A DNA stretch of 64,000 bases from Mobula hypostoma (Eukaryota): positions 14,448,001-14,512,000 of the forward strand of contig NC_086109.1 in the NCBI RefSeq assembly GCF_963921235.1. The letters run 5' to 3'. The position numbers were made by a program, and so were the translations under genes. The notes below the pieces were generated by a model that ran no database searches, was not told where the DNA came from, and saw only the letters and a list, made by a program, of their open reading frames with translations. This document shows, piece after piece, positions 63,476 to 64,000 of this stretch. Within the stretch, counting starts at the first letter, position 1. Every line of letters begins with the position of its first letter.

Positions 63476-63650
63476 AGACAAGAGAAAATCTGTATATGCT
63501 GGAACTCCGAGCAACACACACAAAATGCTGGAGGAACTCAGCAGGCCAGGCAGCACCCTGCTGAAGGGTTTCGGCCTGAAAAGTCAACTGTACTCTTTTC
63601 CATAGATGCTGTCTGGCCTGCCGAGTTCCTCCAGCGTTTTGTGAGAGTTG
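63476..63650. mobile_element. PLE-derived hairpin element, hammerhead core mutated (ctgctgaagggtttcggcctgaaa)
   Basis: caaaatgctggaggaactcagcaggccag / ctggcctgccgagttcctccagcgttttg. Confidence 0.78.
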
Positions 63651-64000
63651 TGTGTGTTACCAGTCATTCCAGTTGTTGTTCTGTTAAGTGTCACCTCTGG
63701 AACTACAGTTAAGGTCAAGCCATGCACATAATTCTGGCAAGTTCGCTGATCTCTTACCTCAGTGCCTCAGAGGGGAACAAGAAGCTATTTTTACCAAGCA
63801 CTTCTCCCTCACTATCTGCAAAGGAAGGTTCCTTTTGTATACTGACACATAGTCAAAGTCAGTCTCTTTAATACGGATATTATTTCTTCTTTCCAATTTC
63901 TCCCCTTTTGCTGATTGCCGGACAGCAGCAAGCCGCAACGATTTCGGAAATCTATTCTCCAGAATCCAGCTGGAATAACTAATTTTGGGCAGTGGGGGGC

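Noticed and set aside
63765..63975. Minus-strand frame containing SLRLAAVRQS, faintly like the PH exon SFRVAAVQPS
   Set aside because: The flanking conserved residues (LGSIPL, RKHTFK) and a matching donor are absent; treated as chance.

Overview
Vertebrate genomic DNA; the repeat landscape (CR1 LINEs, V-SINE-type tRNA SINEs, Penelope-like elements) suggests a cartilaginous fish, probably a ray (inference). The window holds the 3' part of a PLEKHA6 ortholog on the minus strand. I traced 19 coding exons (62979/62919 down to the TGA at 6164-6166), all with GT-AG boundaries and consistent phases, giving about 995 aa (about 1015 with an upstream alternative acceptor). They run from the end of the PH domain through the coiled-coil and proline-rich regions to a C-terminal GSHLMCV. 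The N-terminal exons lie beyond the window. The introns are packed with retroelements and small DNA transposons. The most interesting signal is that short non-autonomous retroelements here carry remnants of up to three classes of self-cleaving ribozyme: minimal hammerheads (Penelope-derived hairpin elements, one with a 17-bp target duplication), a twister-like motif, and HDV-like double-pseudoknot candidates at the 5' ends of RTE-derived elements. Several are sense to the host pre-mRNA. Exon coordinates were counted base by base; most repeat boundaries are approximate; homology statements come from recalled sequences, not from searches.
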